Assembly (NCBI GenBank): GCA_012026785.1
Contig: VEOW01000115.1
Span: 3,495 to 67,494, forward strand
Reading direction: 5' to 3'
Source: Chloroflexota bacterium
GTDB lineage: Bacteria > Chloroflexota > Limnocylindria > Limnocylindrales > CSP1-4
DNA: 64,000 nt
A program made the position numbers and the translations under genes. The notes beneath the pieces are model-generated. The model was given only the letters and a program-made list of their open reading frames with translations, searched no databases and was not told the origin of the DNA. The first letter of the stretch is position 1, and each line of letters starts with the position of its first letter. This document shows, one piece after another, positions 48,414-58,216 of this stretch.

Positions 48414-49634
48414 TCAGCCGCCGCGGAGCTGCGTCCAGGCCGCGACCCAGTCGTCCTGCGTCTTGCAGGTCGTGGCCGCGTCCTCGTCGGCACAATCCTG
48501 TTGCGGCGTCGCCCAGTACCAGACCTTCGAGTAGTAGGCCTCGTCGGTCGCGTGGGTGACCTCGCAGTGGCCGGGCGAGATCGTCTCGGCGTAGTCGCAC
48601 GCCGCCTGGCTCGTGGCCGCCTCGCCGAAGTAGACCGTTGCCTGGCCGTTGGCCTCGGCCGACATCATGTGGTCCATCCACATGAGCATGCAGTTTGGAT
48701 GGGCCGCGTTGGCGTGGATCATCCAGGTGTCGGACCAGCCGGTGGAGCCCTCCTCGGGCAGGATGCCCTCGACGGCCACGCCGTCGGCCTTGAGCAGCGC
48801 GACCTGGAGCGGCCAGGTCGTGCCGATGACGACATCACCGGCGGCGTACGACGCCATCTGGTCCGTGTAGACCGACCAGTACAGGGAACCCGCATCCCGC
48901 TGCGCCGCCAGGAGGTCGACCGCGGCGTTGAACTGCTCCTCGTTGAGCTGGTAGGGGTTGGTGACGCCGAGGTCCGGCTGCGTGGCCATCAGGTGGAGGG
49001 CCGCGTCGGCGATGTAGATCGACGAGTCGTAGATGCTGATCTTGCCAGCGTAGTCGGCGGCGTTCTCCCACACGCCGTCCCAGGTCGTGGGCGCCGGTGT
49101 GACCGCCTCGGTGTTGTACATGAGCAGGTTCGCGCCGCGGCCGTGGGGGACGCCGTAGTTCACGCCGTCCACGGTGTTGTGCGGCAGGTCCTTGAGGCCG
49201 TCGAACACGTTCGCGTAGTTCTCGAAGATCGACGTGTCGACCGGGGCGACGATGCCGCCCTGGATCAGGCGGGTCGTGGCGTCACCGGAGGCCGAGATGC
49301 CGTCGTACTGGCCGGACTGCATGAGGGCGACGCCGTTGTTCGAGTCGGTCATGTCGGTCGTGTTGACCTTGCAGCCGGTTCGTTCCTCGAACGGCGTCAC
49401 CCAGTCGAACTCCGGATACGTGGCACCGCGCTCGGCGTAGCCGGCCCAGATGATCAGGTTCAGCTCGCCCTCGCCTGGCCCGATGCCGCTCATCGACGGC
49501 GCGGCCGTCGGTCCCGCGGTGGCGGGTGTGTCGGTCGGTGTGCTCGTGGGCGCCGTGGTGGCGGCCGGTCCGGAGCACGCCGCTGCGACGAGCGCGAGCA
49601 CCGTCAATGCCCCCATAGCCTTTCGTGAATTCAC
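48414..49634 (-). CDS. polyamine/solute-binding lipoprotein (PotD/PotF-like, SBP_bac_1/8)
   Basis: Lipoprotein signal ...LTVLALVAAAC. A GTG start with a GGAGG RBS (49634) is preferred over the internal ATG. PotD-like fold. Confidence 0.75.
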   Translation of the reverse strand: MNSRKAMGALTVLALVAAACSGPAATTAPTSTPTDTPATAGPTAAPSMSGIGPGEGELNLIIWAGYAERGATYPEFDWVTPFEERTGCKVNTTDMTDSNNGVALMQSGQYDGISASGDATTRLIQGGIVAPVDTSIFENYANVFDGLKDLPHNTVDGVNYGVPHGRGANLLMYNTEAVTPAPTTWDGVWENAADYAGKISIYDSSIYIADAALHLMATQPDLGVTNPYQLNEEQFNAAVDLLAAQRDAGSLYWSVYTDQMASYAAGDVVIGTTWPLQVALLKADGVAVEGILPEEGSTGWSDTWMIHANAAHPNCMLMWMDHMMSAEANGQATVYFGEAATSQAACDYAETISPGHCEVTHATDEAYYSKVWYWATPQQDCADEDAATTCKTQDDWVAAWTQLRGG

Positions 49635-49705
49635 TGCTCCTCCTCGAGCTCCCGTATTGCGGGAGCGCCCTTCCTCCGTCCGCCGCACGCGCGGCGGATC
49701 GACGG

Positions 49706-50842
49706 TCAACCCTCGGCCACCGGCAGGTTGTGCTGACGCTTCCAGGTGAGCTGGACCGCCCGCCCCTTCGCCGCCAACGCCTCCATGGACGAGGTCGCCA
49801 GGTTCTGCTCGGTGACCACGAGCTCCGGTCCCGCCTCCAGCGAGACGAGATATCGCGTATCGGGCCCGAGGTACACGACCTCGCGGACGTGCCCCGCGGC
49901 CCCGACCTCATCCGGCCCGGGCTCGGCCTCGGGTGCGCGGATGTGGATCTTCTCGGGCCGGACGGTGAACGTTCCGTCCGCCCCCAGGATCGTGCGCGCT
50001 GCTTCGCCGCTGATCAGGTTCGAGTGGCCGACGAAGCCGGCCACGAAACGGGTCGCGGGACGCTCGTAGATCTCGGCCGGCGAGCCGAGCTGCTCGATCC
50101 GGCCGCGATTGAAGACCGCGAGGCGGTCGCTCATCGTGAGCGCCTCCTCCTGGTCGTGGGTGACGTAGATGAAGGTGATGCCGACCTCCTGCTGGATGGC
50201 CTTGAGCTCGAGCTGCATCTCCTCGCGGAGCTTCAGGTCCAGGGCGCCCAGGGGCTCGTCGAGCAGCAGCACCCGGGGGCGGTTGACCAGCGCCCGCGCC
50301 AGTGCGACGCGCTGGCGTTGGCCACCCGACAGCTGCGAGGGCTTGCGCCGCTCGTAGCCCGACAGCCGAACCATCGCCAGGGCGTCCCCGGCACGCCGCA
50401 GCCGCTCGGCCCTGGGAACCTTGCGGATCACGAGGCCGTAGCCGACGTTGTCCCCCACGCTCATGTGGGGGAACAGGGCGTAGTCCTGGAAGACGGTGTT
50501 GACGTCCCGTTCGAATGGCGGGCGGGTCGTCACGTCCTCGCCATGCAGCCAGACGCGGCCCGAGGTCGGCGATTCGAACCCGGCGATCAGCCGCAGGGTC
50601 GTCGTCTTGCCCGAGCCCGACGGGCCGAGCATCGAGAAGAACTCGCCGTCACCGATCTCCAGGCTGACGTCGTCGACCGCGACCACGGCCGACGAATCGG
50701 CCGCGCCCTCGGCGGTCCCGGCGCCTCGGCCGCGGGCGGCCTCGCCGCCGAACCGCTTCACGACGTGCTCGAGGCGGACGGCCGGGATCATCGCATCGGC
50801 GCGCGCATCGCCCGTTGCGGCCGAGCGGGTCATCGTGGCCAA
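49706..50842 (-). CDS. polyamine-type ABC transporter ATP-binding protein (PotA-like)
   Basis: [35 protein letters not shown] and a C-terminal TOBE-like domain. Confidence 0.85.
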   Translation of the reverse strand: MATMTRSAATGDARADAMIPAVRLEHVVKRFGGEAARGRGAGTAEGAADSSAVVAVDDVSLEIGDGEFFSMLGPSGSGKTTTLRLIAGFESPTSGRVWLHGEDVTTRPPFERDVNTVFQDYALFPHMSVGDNVGYGLVIRKVPRAERLRRAGDALAMVRLSGYERRKPSQLSGGQRQRVALARALVNRPRVLLLDEPLGALDLKLREEMQLELKAIQQEVGITFIYVTHDQEEALTMSDRLAVFNRGRIEQLGSPAEIYERPATRFVAGFVGHSNLISGEAARTILGADGTFTVRPEKIHIRAPEAEPGPDEVGAAGHVREVVYLGPDTRYLVSLEAGPELVVTEQNLATSSMEALAAKGRAVQLTWKRQHNLPVAEG

Positions 50843-51071
50843 GCGGCTCCTTCGTGCGGGTCGCGTCGATCGTGCGCCAATCTGCGGCGTGATTCGTCGC
50901 TCGAGCCTCTCCCTCCCGCGAGGTTCGAACGACTGGCCGGGCGGCGGATGCGCGGACTATCCGGGCCGCGGGGCGCCGTGTCAAGACGGCGCCTTCGCGA
51001 TCGGGCCGGTGCTACCCTGACGAGGCCCGTCGGGGACAGGCGTCCAGCACGAGAGGAGTCGATTTCCCGCC

Positions 51072-51359
51072 ATGACCTACGTCATCGCCGAGCCGTGCAT
51101 TGACGTGCTCGACCTTGCCTGTGTCTCGGTCTGCCCGGTCGACTGCATCCACTACGAGGAAGGCGTCGATCGCAAGCTGTTCATCGCCCCCAACGAGTGC
51201 ATCGACTGCGGGGCCTGCGAGCCCGAGTGCCCGGTGAACGCCATCTTCCCCGAGGACCAGGTACCGGCCGAATGGGCCGAGTACACCCAGATGGACGCGG
51301 TCTGGTTCAACGACCGCGACGCCGCGCGCCAGATGGTGGACGCCGCCAAACCTCGCTGA
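51072..51359 (+). CDS. fdxA: 7Fe ferredoxin (FdxA-type, one [3Fe-4S] and one [4Fe-4S] cluster)
   Basis: MTYVIAEPCIDVLDLACVSVCPVDCI...CIDCGACEPECPVNAI. Confidence 0.85.
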   Translation: MTYVIAEPCIDVLDLACVSVCPVDCIHYEEGVDRKLFIAPNECIDCGACEPECPVNAIFPEDQVPAEWAEYTQMDAVWFNDRDAARQMVDAAKPR

Positions 51360-51419
51360 GCGCCGCCACGCGCCGCGCCGCTCACGGAGGCGGCCAGGAC
51401 GCGTGGCATACTCGGCCCG

Positions 51420-52304
51420 ATGTCGCCACTCGCTGAGCGCCGCATCGCGACCGTCGGCTCCGGCGTCATGGCCGAGGCGATCATCGCCGGCCTGCTCCGC
51501 GGCCAGCTCGTGGCGCCCGGGCAGATCGTCGCCAGCCATCCCCGGGCAGACCGCCGCGAGGCCCTCGAGAGCCATCACGGGATCCGGACGACCGACTCCA
51601 ACGCCGGGGCCGTCGAAGGTGCTGACATCGTTCTGCTTGCGATCAAGCCGCAGATGCTCGCCCGCGTCGGGCGTGAGCTGCGCGGCGCGCTCCGGCCGGG
51701 GCAACTGGTCATTTCGATTCTCGCCGGCGCCACGACCCGCGCGCTGACCGGCCACCTCGGCCACGCCGAGGTCGTCCGAAGCATGCCCAACACTCCGGCC
51801 CAGCTCGGCCGCGGGATGACCGTCTGGTACGCGACCCCCGAGACGACCGAGGAGCAACGCGCCCAGGCGGCGGCCCTCCTCGGCGCGCTCGGTGTCCAGA
51901 TCGAGGTCGATGACGAGAAGCTCGTGGCGATGGCGACCGCGGTCTCAGGGACCGGCCCGACGTATGTGTTCCTGGTCATGGAGGCCCTCATCGACGCCGC
52001 GGTCCACCTCGGCTTCGCCCGCCACGTGGCCCACGACCTCGTCGTCGAGACGCTCGAGGGCAGCACCCTCTTCGCCAAGCAGTCGGGGATGCACCCGGCG
52101 GAGCTCCGCAACATGGTCACCTCGCCCGGCGGCACCAGCGCCGCCGCGCTCCACCAGCTCGAATCCGGACGTCTTCGAACGGTCCTCTCGGACGCCGTCT
52201 GGGCGGCCTACAAGCGGACGGTCGAGCTGGGCGAGCAACTCGAAGTGGGCGTCCCCGCCCCCGACGCGAAGCCGGCGCCGGCGGAGGTTCGCGAACGGGC
52301 TTGA
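51420..52304 (+). CDS. proC: pyrroline-5-carboxylate reductase
   Basis: N-terminal Rossmann IATVGSGVMAEAIIAGL and a C-terminal P5CR dimerisation domain (SPGGTSAAAL). Confidence 0.9.
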   Translation: MSPLAERRIATVGSGVMAEAIIAGLLRGQLVAPGQIVASHPRADRREALESHHGIRTTDSNAGAVEGADIVLLAIKPQMLARVGRELRGALRPGQLVISILAGATTRALTGHLGHAEVVRSMPNTPAQLGRGMTVWYATPETTEEQRAQAAALLGALGVQIEVDDEKLVAMATAVSGTGPTYVFLVMEALIDAAVHLGFARHVAHDLVVETLEGSTLFAKQSGMHPAELRNMVTSPGGTSAAALHQLESGRLRTVLSDAVWAAYKRTVELGEQLEVGVPAPDAKPAPAEVRERA

Positions 52305-52359
52305 TGGCCAGGACGGCGTGACCCTCCGGTCGCGGATCGGCGCCGTGGTCGAGCGCGTC

Positions 52360-53298
52360 ATGCGCTCGTTCCTGCTGACGATCTCGCACTGGCGCTGGCT
52401 CGGCCGACTCGCGGTCCGCTTGCCGTTCACCCGGCCGATGGTGTCGCGGTTCGTCGCCGGCCAGAGCGTGGCCGGGGCGGTCCCGGCCCTCGAGCGCGCC
52501 CGGGATGCCGGCTTTCGGACGACCGTCGACATCCTCGGCGAGTCGGTGACCCATGCCGAGGCCGCCCGTGCTGCCGCGGACGGGTACGTCGCTGCCCTCG
52601 GCACGCTGGCCGAGCACCGCCTCGACATGAACGTCAGCCTCAAGCTGAGCCAGATGGGCCTCGGCCTGGGAACCGCCGTGGCGCGCGAGAACCTGGCCCG
52701 CGTCCTCGTCGCGGCCTCGAGCCACGAGGCGTTCGTCCGGATCGACATGGAGGACCATACGACGACCGATGCGACGCTCGAATTGTGGCGGGGCCTTCGA
52801 CCGGCGATGGCCGGCTCCGGCGACGTCGGGGTCGTCCTCCAGTCGGCGCTGCGGCGGACGGACGCCGACCTCGAGGCGTTGATCGCCGAGGGCGCTCGAA
52901 TCCGGCTCTGCAAGGGCGCCTACAAGGAGCCCGCGACGGTCGCCTACCAGGACAAGGCCGACGTCGACGCGGCCTACGTGCGGCAGATGGAGCGGCTGCT
53001 CCTCGATGCGCCATATCCGGCGATCGCGACCCACGACGACCGGATCATCGACCACGCGATCGCCTTCGCCCGCGAGCACGGCATCGGGCCTGAGCGCTTC
53101 GAGTTCCAGATGCTGTACGGCGTCCGACGCGACCTGCAGGAGCGCCTCCGCCGCGACGGCTGGACGGTCCGGATCTACGTACCGTCAGGCCGTGAGTGGT
53201 ATCCGTACTTCATGCGCCGCCTCGCCGAGCGGCCGGCCAACGTCGTGTTCCTCGTCACCAGCCTGTGGCGCGAGCGCCGCGGCAAGGGCGCCGCGTGA
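52360..53298 (+). CDS. proline dehydrogenase
   Basis: MRSFLLTISHWRWLGRLAV N-terminus and ProDH barrel motifs (RIDMEDH, LYGVRRDLQERL, VRIYVPSG). ATG at 52360, which is the internal M157 of ORF 51892. Confidence 0.85.
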   Translation: MRSFLLTISHWRWLGRLAVRLPFTRPMVSRFVAGQSVAGAVPALERARDAGFRTTVDILGESVTHAEAARAAADGYVAALGTLAEHRLDMNVSLKLSQMGLGLGTAVARENLARVLVAASSHEAFVRIDMEDHTTTDATLELWRGLRPAMAGSGDVGVVLQSALRRTDADLEALIAEGARIRLCKGAYKEPATVAYQDKADVDAAYVRQMERLLLDAPYPAIATHDDRIIDHAIAFAREHGIGPERFEFQMLYGVRRDLQERLRRDGWTVRIYVPSGREWYPYFMRRLAERPANVVFLVTSLWRERRGKGAA

Positions 53299-53305
53299 GG
53301 CTGGC

Positions 53306-53812
53306 TTAGCCGTCGGAGACCGCGAGGGCCTCGCGCAGCTGCGTGACGTGACCCTCCAGGTGGCCGACCTGGAACCGCTCCACGATCTCGGTCACGGCCA
53401 GCGGCCCTCGTGTTGGGTGGAGTCCTTCCCGCTGTCCCTCTGCGGCCGAGAGCTCGCGCAGCCGGCCGGCCACTCGATTCGCATCCGCGGCGATGCGTGA
53501 CAGCAACTCCCGGGCGGGCATCGTCCGGTCGCGGCCGATGATCGCGACGCGGACGGGATCCGCCTCCGTTCGACCGAATGGCACCGGCTCGCCATCGGCG
53601 CCATCGAGGATTCGTTCGATCTCACCCATCCAGTAGGGGAGCATCTCGGCCACGTGGGCGAGGACCTCGCGGGGCCCCCAGGCCGACTCGGGACCGGGCC
53701 CGTAGACGTCGGTCAAGGCCCACGGCGCGCCCGCCTCGATTCGAGTTCGAAGGCCTTCCAGTTCGGCGGCCGCCTGCTCCAGGCGGGCGGCCTGCTGCGT
53801 GAGTGTCGACAT
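53306..53812 (-). CDS. DinB/YfiT-like (mycothiol-maleylpyruvate-isomerase N-terminal-domain family) protein
   Basis: Four-helix-bundle DinB_2-like pattern with conserved His (LAHVAEMLPYW...VGHLEGHVTQL). Start at M53 of the track ORF. Confidence 0.55.
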   Translation of the reverse strand: MSTLTQQAARLEQAAAELEGLRTRIEAGAPWALTDVYGPGPESAWGPREVLAHVAEMLPYWMGEIERILDGADGEPVPFGRTEADPVRVAIIGRDRTMPARELLSRIAADANRVAGRLRELSAAEGQREGLHPTRGPLAVTEIVERFQVGHLEGHVTQLREALAVSDG

Positions 53813-53882
53813 GGCGGCAGTGTCGCATGGCGCCGCCCGCATCGCCCCCCATCCCCCCAAGAATCCTCCCATCGCCCCCTCT

Positions 53883-54045
53883 TTGCGTCCCAGGCAACAA
53901 GCGTCGGTTGGACGGCTGGATTCGGTGCCGCGACGTCCGCCAGCCGTCCAGGCTTGCGCCACGTGCAACGTCTCGCGGTTGGATGAGCTGAATCGCGGTC
54001 GGCCGTCCCGTCAACCGTTCCTTGTTGCGCACCGCGCAAACGGCC
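53883..54045. repeat. repeat element copy A: three CAAC-N8-GTTG palindromes (53895-53910, 53966-53981, 54012-54027) in the hppD leader
   Basis: Read directly. The flanking 28 nt (ttgcgtcccaggcaacaagcgtcggttg) matches the reverse complement of 63258-63292 at 28/29. Confidence 0.6.
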
Positions 54046-54211
54046 GGGCCGGATGAGCGATGAGCAGCCCGTGGCCCGGGAGTGTCGCACCGGCGTTGCG
54101 CGACGACCGCCACCGCGGGCGCGGCCTCGAGGGACCGAGGACTACCATGACCGCAACTTGCTCCGGCGGGGCCATCGAGCCCCGGCACTGCAGCACAGGA
54201 GCCCGCGTCCC

Positions 54212-55381
54212 ATGACCGACACGATGACCCGGGGAGCCGCCAACCAGGCCGGCGCCCACATCAACAAGGACGCCTACGCGGAGGCGGCGGACTTCCTGCC
54301 GCTCAACGGCGTCGACCACGTGGAGTTCTGGGTCGGCAACGCGCGCCAGGCGGCCCACTACTACCGCGCCCTGTGGGGCTTCACGCCGATCGCCTACGCC
54401 GGGCTGGAGACGGGCGTCCGCGACCGGACGAGCTATGTCATGCGCCAGAACGACATCACCCTCGTCCTGACCGGGGCGCTGTCCCCCGAGGGCGAGATCG
54501 CCGAGCACGTCAAGCGCCACGGCGACGGCGTCCACGACATCGCCTTCAGCGTCGATGACGCGAGCGCGTCGTGGCGCGAGACCACGACGCGTGGCGCCCG
54601 CTCGGTCCTCGAACCGACGGAGCTCGACGGCGGCGAGGACGGCGTCCTCCGCAGGAGCTCGGTCGGGACGTACGGCGAGGTCGTCCACTCGTTCGTCGAC
54701 CGCCGCGACTATCACGGCGTCTTCGCGCCGGGCTATCGGAAGGTCAAGAAGCCGGCCCGCGCCGCGACCGGCATGAACCTCCTCGAGATCGACCACTGCG
54801 TCGGCAACGTCGAGCTGGGCGACATGAACCGCTTCGTCGACTACTACCGCGACGTCTTCGGCTTCGCGCAGCTGATCCACTACGACGACAAGGTCATTCA
54901 CACCGACTATTCGGCCCTCATGTCGAAGGTCATGACCAATGGCAACGGCCGGATCAAGTTCCCGATCAACGAGCCGGCCACGGGCAAGAAGAAGAGCCAG
55001 ATCCAGGAGTTCCTCGACTACTACCTCGACGCCGGGACGCAGCACATCGCGCTCCGGACCGAGGACATCGTCGGGACGGTTCGAACGCTCCGCGAGAACG
55101 GGGTCGAGTTCCTCGGCATGCCGCACGCCTACTACGAGCAGCTGCCGGATCGGGTCGGCGACGTCGGCGTCTCGATCGAGACGCTCGAGGAGCTCGGCAT
55201 CGAGGCCGACCGCGACGAGGAGGGCTACCTCCTCCAGATCTTCACGCGGCCGATCCAGGACCGCCCGACGTTCTTTTTCGAGATCATCGAACGTCATGGC
55301 TCGCGCGGCTTTGGCGTCGGCAACTTCAAGGCCCTCTTCGAGGCCATCGAGATCGAACAGGCCCGCCGCGGAAACCTGTAG
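54212..55381 (+). CDS. hppD: 4-hydroxyphenylpyruvate dioxygenase
   Basis: Two VOC domains and HPPD iron-ligand regions (HIAL..., FFEIIERHG, GFGVGNFKALFE). ATG at 54212. Confidence 0.9.
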   Translation: MTDTMTRGAANQAGAHINKDAYAEAADFLPLNGVDHVEFWVGNARQAAHYYRALWGFTPIAYAGLETGVRDRTSYVMRQNDITLVLTGALSPEGEIAEHVKRHGDGVHDIAFSVDDASASWRETTTRGARSVLEPTELDGGEDGVLRRSSVGTYGEVVHSFVDRRDYHGVFAPGYRKVKKPARAATGMNLLEIDHCVGNVELGDMNRFVDYYRDVFGFAQLIHYDDKVIHTDYSALMSKVMTNGNGRIKFPINEPATGKKKSQIQEFLDYYLDAGTQHIALRTEDIVGTVRTLRENGVEFLGMPHAYYEQLPDRVGDVGVSIETLEELGIEADRDEEGYLLQIFTRPIQDRPTFFFEIIERHGSRGFGVGNFKALFEAIEIEQARRGNL

Positions 55382-55403
55382 AGCGCCACCCCCGGACCCT
55401 CGG

Positions 55404-55679
55404 TCAGGGCCGCAATCGGTAGGTACTCTCGGACCGCCGGGCGACGCGGAGGATTACGACGGACCTCGTCGACGGGTCGACGGTATAGACGACGCGCAGC
55501 GGGCCGACGCGGATCCTCCATGCGTCGCTGCTCACGATCTTCTCGCAGCCCGGTGGCCGAGGATCCAGACCCAGGGAGGCGATCGGCCCGGCCAGGCGGG
55601 CGGCGGCGTCAACCGGCAATCGCCTGAGCTCGCGCTCCGCCGGCCGGGTCATGACGACCCGCCAGGGACGGTCGCTCAC
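55404..55679 (-). CDS. RelE/ParE-family toxin
   Basis: About 90 aa with RelE-like fold motifs (AERELRRLP, WRIRVGPLRVVYTVD...VVILRVARR). GTG overlaps the antitoxin stop. Confidence 0.7.
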   Translation of the reverse strand: MSDRPWRVVMTRPAERELRRLPVDAAARLAGPIASLGLDPRPPGCEKIVSSDAWRIRVGPLRVVYTVDPSTRSVVILRVARRSESTYRLRP

Positions 55680-55936
55680 TCCTCGTCGGTGCCATAGCGT
55701 GCCCGTGTCTCGGCGGCCAGCTCGTGGAACACCTCGGCCGCGTCGCGGCCGCCGTAGCGACGGTAGTCATCCAGGGCGGCCTTGGCCGCGGCTGCGTCTT
55801 CGTCGTCCTCGAGCGCGCGCAGCCACTGGCCGAGCGCCTCTTCGACGATGTCGCGCACGGAACGATCGCGCCGCGCCGCCTCGACTTTGATGGCCCGATA
55901 CAGCTCCGGGTCCGAGAGATCAAGCGTAACCTTCAT
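55676..55936 (-). CDS. ribbon-helix-helix (CopG/Phd-like) antitoxin
   Basis: MKVTLDLSDPELYRAIKVEAARRDRSVRDIVEEAL RHH motif. Start at the internal ATG 55936. Confidence 0.65.
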   Translation of the reverse strand: MKVTLDLSDPELYRAIKVEAARRDRSVRDIVEEALGQWLRALEDDEDAAAAKAALDDYRRYGGRDAAEVFHELAAETRARYGTDEE

Positions 55937-56039
55937 GGCGCCAGCATACCAGTATGCTGGGTTGCCAGCTTGGTCCCGTCGCACCGCCGCCGGCGATGCC
56001 GGCGGCGGTGAACGTGCGGGTCGAGCGTCTGCCCCGCGC

Positions 56040-56954
56040 CTACTGGCTGAACTGGAAGCTCTCGACGATCGGCATCCCTTCGGCGAGAAATGGCTCGAAT
56101 TCGGCCGAGGTCGTCGAGTACATGAAGATGACGAGCACGCCGCGACCGGGGACGTCGAGAAGAATGCCCCGCATGCGCTCGTCCTCGGGATCGACCCCCT
56201 CAGGAAGGTCCGAGTCGCCCGGGCAGGTGCCTGTCCAGTCGGGACTGCGCCACACGTCGAACTGTTTGCCGGTCAGGCCGCCGATCGTGACGTCCACCAC
56301 CCCGGACACCGCCAGGACTTCGTTGGCCGTCATGGCGGCCACCTTCTCGGCCGCCGTCGCGCCAGAGTTGCTCTCTGCCGATTCGCAGCTGAACCACGGG
56401 CTCGGATGCACGCCCATGAAGATTGACTGGGCCAGTTCATCGGAGCGTGCGTGCTGGGCCTGGTTGGCGGGCGTGTCCGGGAACAGCGCGAAGTAGTTCG
56501 ACTCGTCGTAGGTGTTGACCCAGCCCTCCGGGACGCTGAAGCGGAACCCCGGCGTGAAGGACGCGGTCTCGTGCGTGCCGGCAGCCATGATCCCGGCGCC
56601 GTTGGCGTCAGCGACGGCAGCGGGCGGATACCACGCCGGATACCGGGCGCTCGACGATGGGGCCGCGGATGGCGAGGCCGCTGGCGTCGGCGTGGGCTGG
56701 CCAGCGACATTGGCCGGGCTGGCGGGCAGGAACTGCCAGATCGCGAAGGCGGCGATGATCACCGCGGCGGCCGCCGCGAGGTAGGTGAAGATCCGATTCA
56801 CGGGTGCGGTCCTCCCAACGAGGTGCACCACGCGACGCTGGCGGTTGACGGAGATGCGTGCGGCGACGGTGTCGACGACCCGGTCGGGCATGGAGTCCGG
56901 CCCGTCCTCGAACCAGTGCCGCAGGACACGCCCGATGTCGGAGCGCTCGTTCAT
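56040..56954 (-). CDS. putative membrane-spanning anti-sigma factor
   Basis: Immediately downstream of, and overlapping (ATGA), an ECF sigma gene. Single TM helix (IFTYLAAAAAVIIAAFAIWQFL) and a Pro/Ala-rich periplasmic region. Confidence 0.5.
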   Translation of the reverse strand: MNERSDIGRVLRHWFEDGPDSMPDRVVDTVAARISVNRQRRVVHLVGRTAPVNRIFTYLAAAAAVIIAAFAIWQFLPASPANVAGQPTPTPAASPSAAPSSSARYPAWYPPAAVADANGAGIMAAGTHETASFTPGFRFSVPEGWVNTYDESNYFALFPDTPANQAQHARSDELAQSIFMGVHPSPWFSCESAESNSGATAAEKVAAMTANEVLAVSGVVDVTIGGLTGKQFDVWRSPDWTGTCPGDSDLPEGVDPEDERMRGILLDVPGRGVLVIFMYSTTSAEFEPFLAEGMPIVESFQFSQ

Positions 56955-57514
56955 GCCGAATACCCTCCGACGGCCGGGGCGCGGGCCTCTGCGTCAAGCG
57001 CTGCTCGCATGGCGCGGTGGGCGTGGTGGAGTCGTGAGCGGACGGACCCCGCCGGCATGCCGAGGAGCTCGGCGATCTCGGACGGGGCGTAGCCCACGAA
57101 GTGATGCAGGACGAGGACCGCGCGCTCGTCGGGCTTGAGCCGCCTGAACCCGCGGTCGAGCTGGTCGCGATCGGCCACGCGGAGGAGGTCGTCCGGAGCG
57201 GCCGGGCCCTCGAGCGGCAGAGCGCGAAGCTGGGCATAGCGGCGGCGCTCACGCGTCGCCTGGGCGATGCAGACGTTCGTCAGCAGCCGATGGGTCCACG
57301 CATCGAACCGGTCCGGATCGCGAAGGCCCGGGAGGTCACGCCAGGCGATCACCAGCGCGTCCTGCAGGGCATCCTCGGCCCGGTCGACGTCACGGAGGAT
57401 CCGGTGGGCGATCGCGAAGAGACGGTCGCCGCGAAGGCGAACCAGGTCCATGAAGGCCTCCTGGTCGCCTCGCCGTGCCCGCTCCACGAGGTCGCGATCC
57501 ACCGACACCACCAC
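56951..57514 (-). CDS. ECF-type RNA polymerase sigma-70 factor
   Basis: Region 2 (DALQDALVIAWRDLPGL...FDAWTHRLLTN) and region 4 (ERAVLVLHHFVGYAPSEIAELLGMPAGSVRSRL). Confidence 0.85.
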   Translation of the reverse strand: MVVSVDRDLVERARRGDQEAFMDLVRLRGDRLFAIAHRILRDVDRAEDALQDALVIAWRDLPGLRDPDRFDAWTHRLLTNVCIAQATRERRRYAQLRALPLEGPAAPDDLLRVADRDQLDRGFRRLKPDERAVLVLHHFVGYAPSEIAELLGMPAGSVRSRLHHAHRAMRAALDAEARAPAVGGYSA

Positions 57515-57699
57515 TGTTGACGCTCATCGGGAGCGTCGTCCGCCAGTATTGGTTCAGGATGCCGCCAGGGCGTTGGAAATTCGCGTCACGAGGTCCAGCT
57601 TCCGCCCGCTCGGGGAGTGACGGCTGTCCCGTGACGGCGGGACCGGCATGGTGCGAGACTCTCGGCAACAGGGATCGGCTCGAAGGGAGGAGGGAGCTC

Positions 57700-58203
57700 G
57701 TGGACCTGACACCGTACGTGCGCTGGATCGTGTTCCTGCACGTCCTTGGCGCGTTCGCGTTTGCCGCCGGCCACGGCGTCTCGATGGTCGTGGCGTTCAA
57801 GCTTCGCCGGGAGACCGACCGGGGCCGAATGGCGGCGCTCCTCGACGTGTCGGCGACCTCGCTGAACCTGGCCGGGATCGGCCTGCTCGTGCTGCTCGTG
57901 GCCGGCATCCTCGCCGGGATCGTCCTCGGCTCCTTCGGCCGCGCCTGGATCTGGATCGCGCTCGTGCTCTTCATCGTCGTTGGCGGCGCGATGACGCCGT
58001 TCGGCGCGATCTACTTCAACAAGATCCGCCTGGCGATCGGGATGCGGCCGCGGAATCTCAAGCCGGAGGACCCCGATCCCGTCCCGGCCTCCGACGCCGA
58101 GCTGGCAGTGTTGCTCGCGACACGCCGGCCGGAAGCGCTCCTGCTCATCGGCGCCGGCGGCTTCCTCGTCATCCTGTACTTCATGTACTTCCGGCCGTTC
58201 TGA
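57700..58203 (+). CDS. integral membrane protein (4 TM, DUF-like)
   Basis: GTG with a strong GGGAGGAGGGAG RBS. Four hydrophobic helices. Confidence 0.5.
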   Translation: MDLTPYVRWIVFLHVLGAFAFAAGHGVSMVVAFKLRRETDRGRMAALLDVSATSLNLAGIGLLVLLVAGILAGIVLGSFGRAWIWIALVLFIVVGGAMTPFGAIYFNKIRLAIGMRPRNLKPEDPDPVPASDAELAVLLATRRPEALLLIGAGGFLVILYFMYFRPF

Positions 58204-58216
58204 GCGACCCGATCAG

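Noticed and set aside
57515-57699. ECF-type autoregulatory promoter upstream of the sigma factor gene
   Set aside because: Only a loose GAACC-N16-CGCTC match was found on the minus strand. Too weak to call without comparative data.
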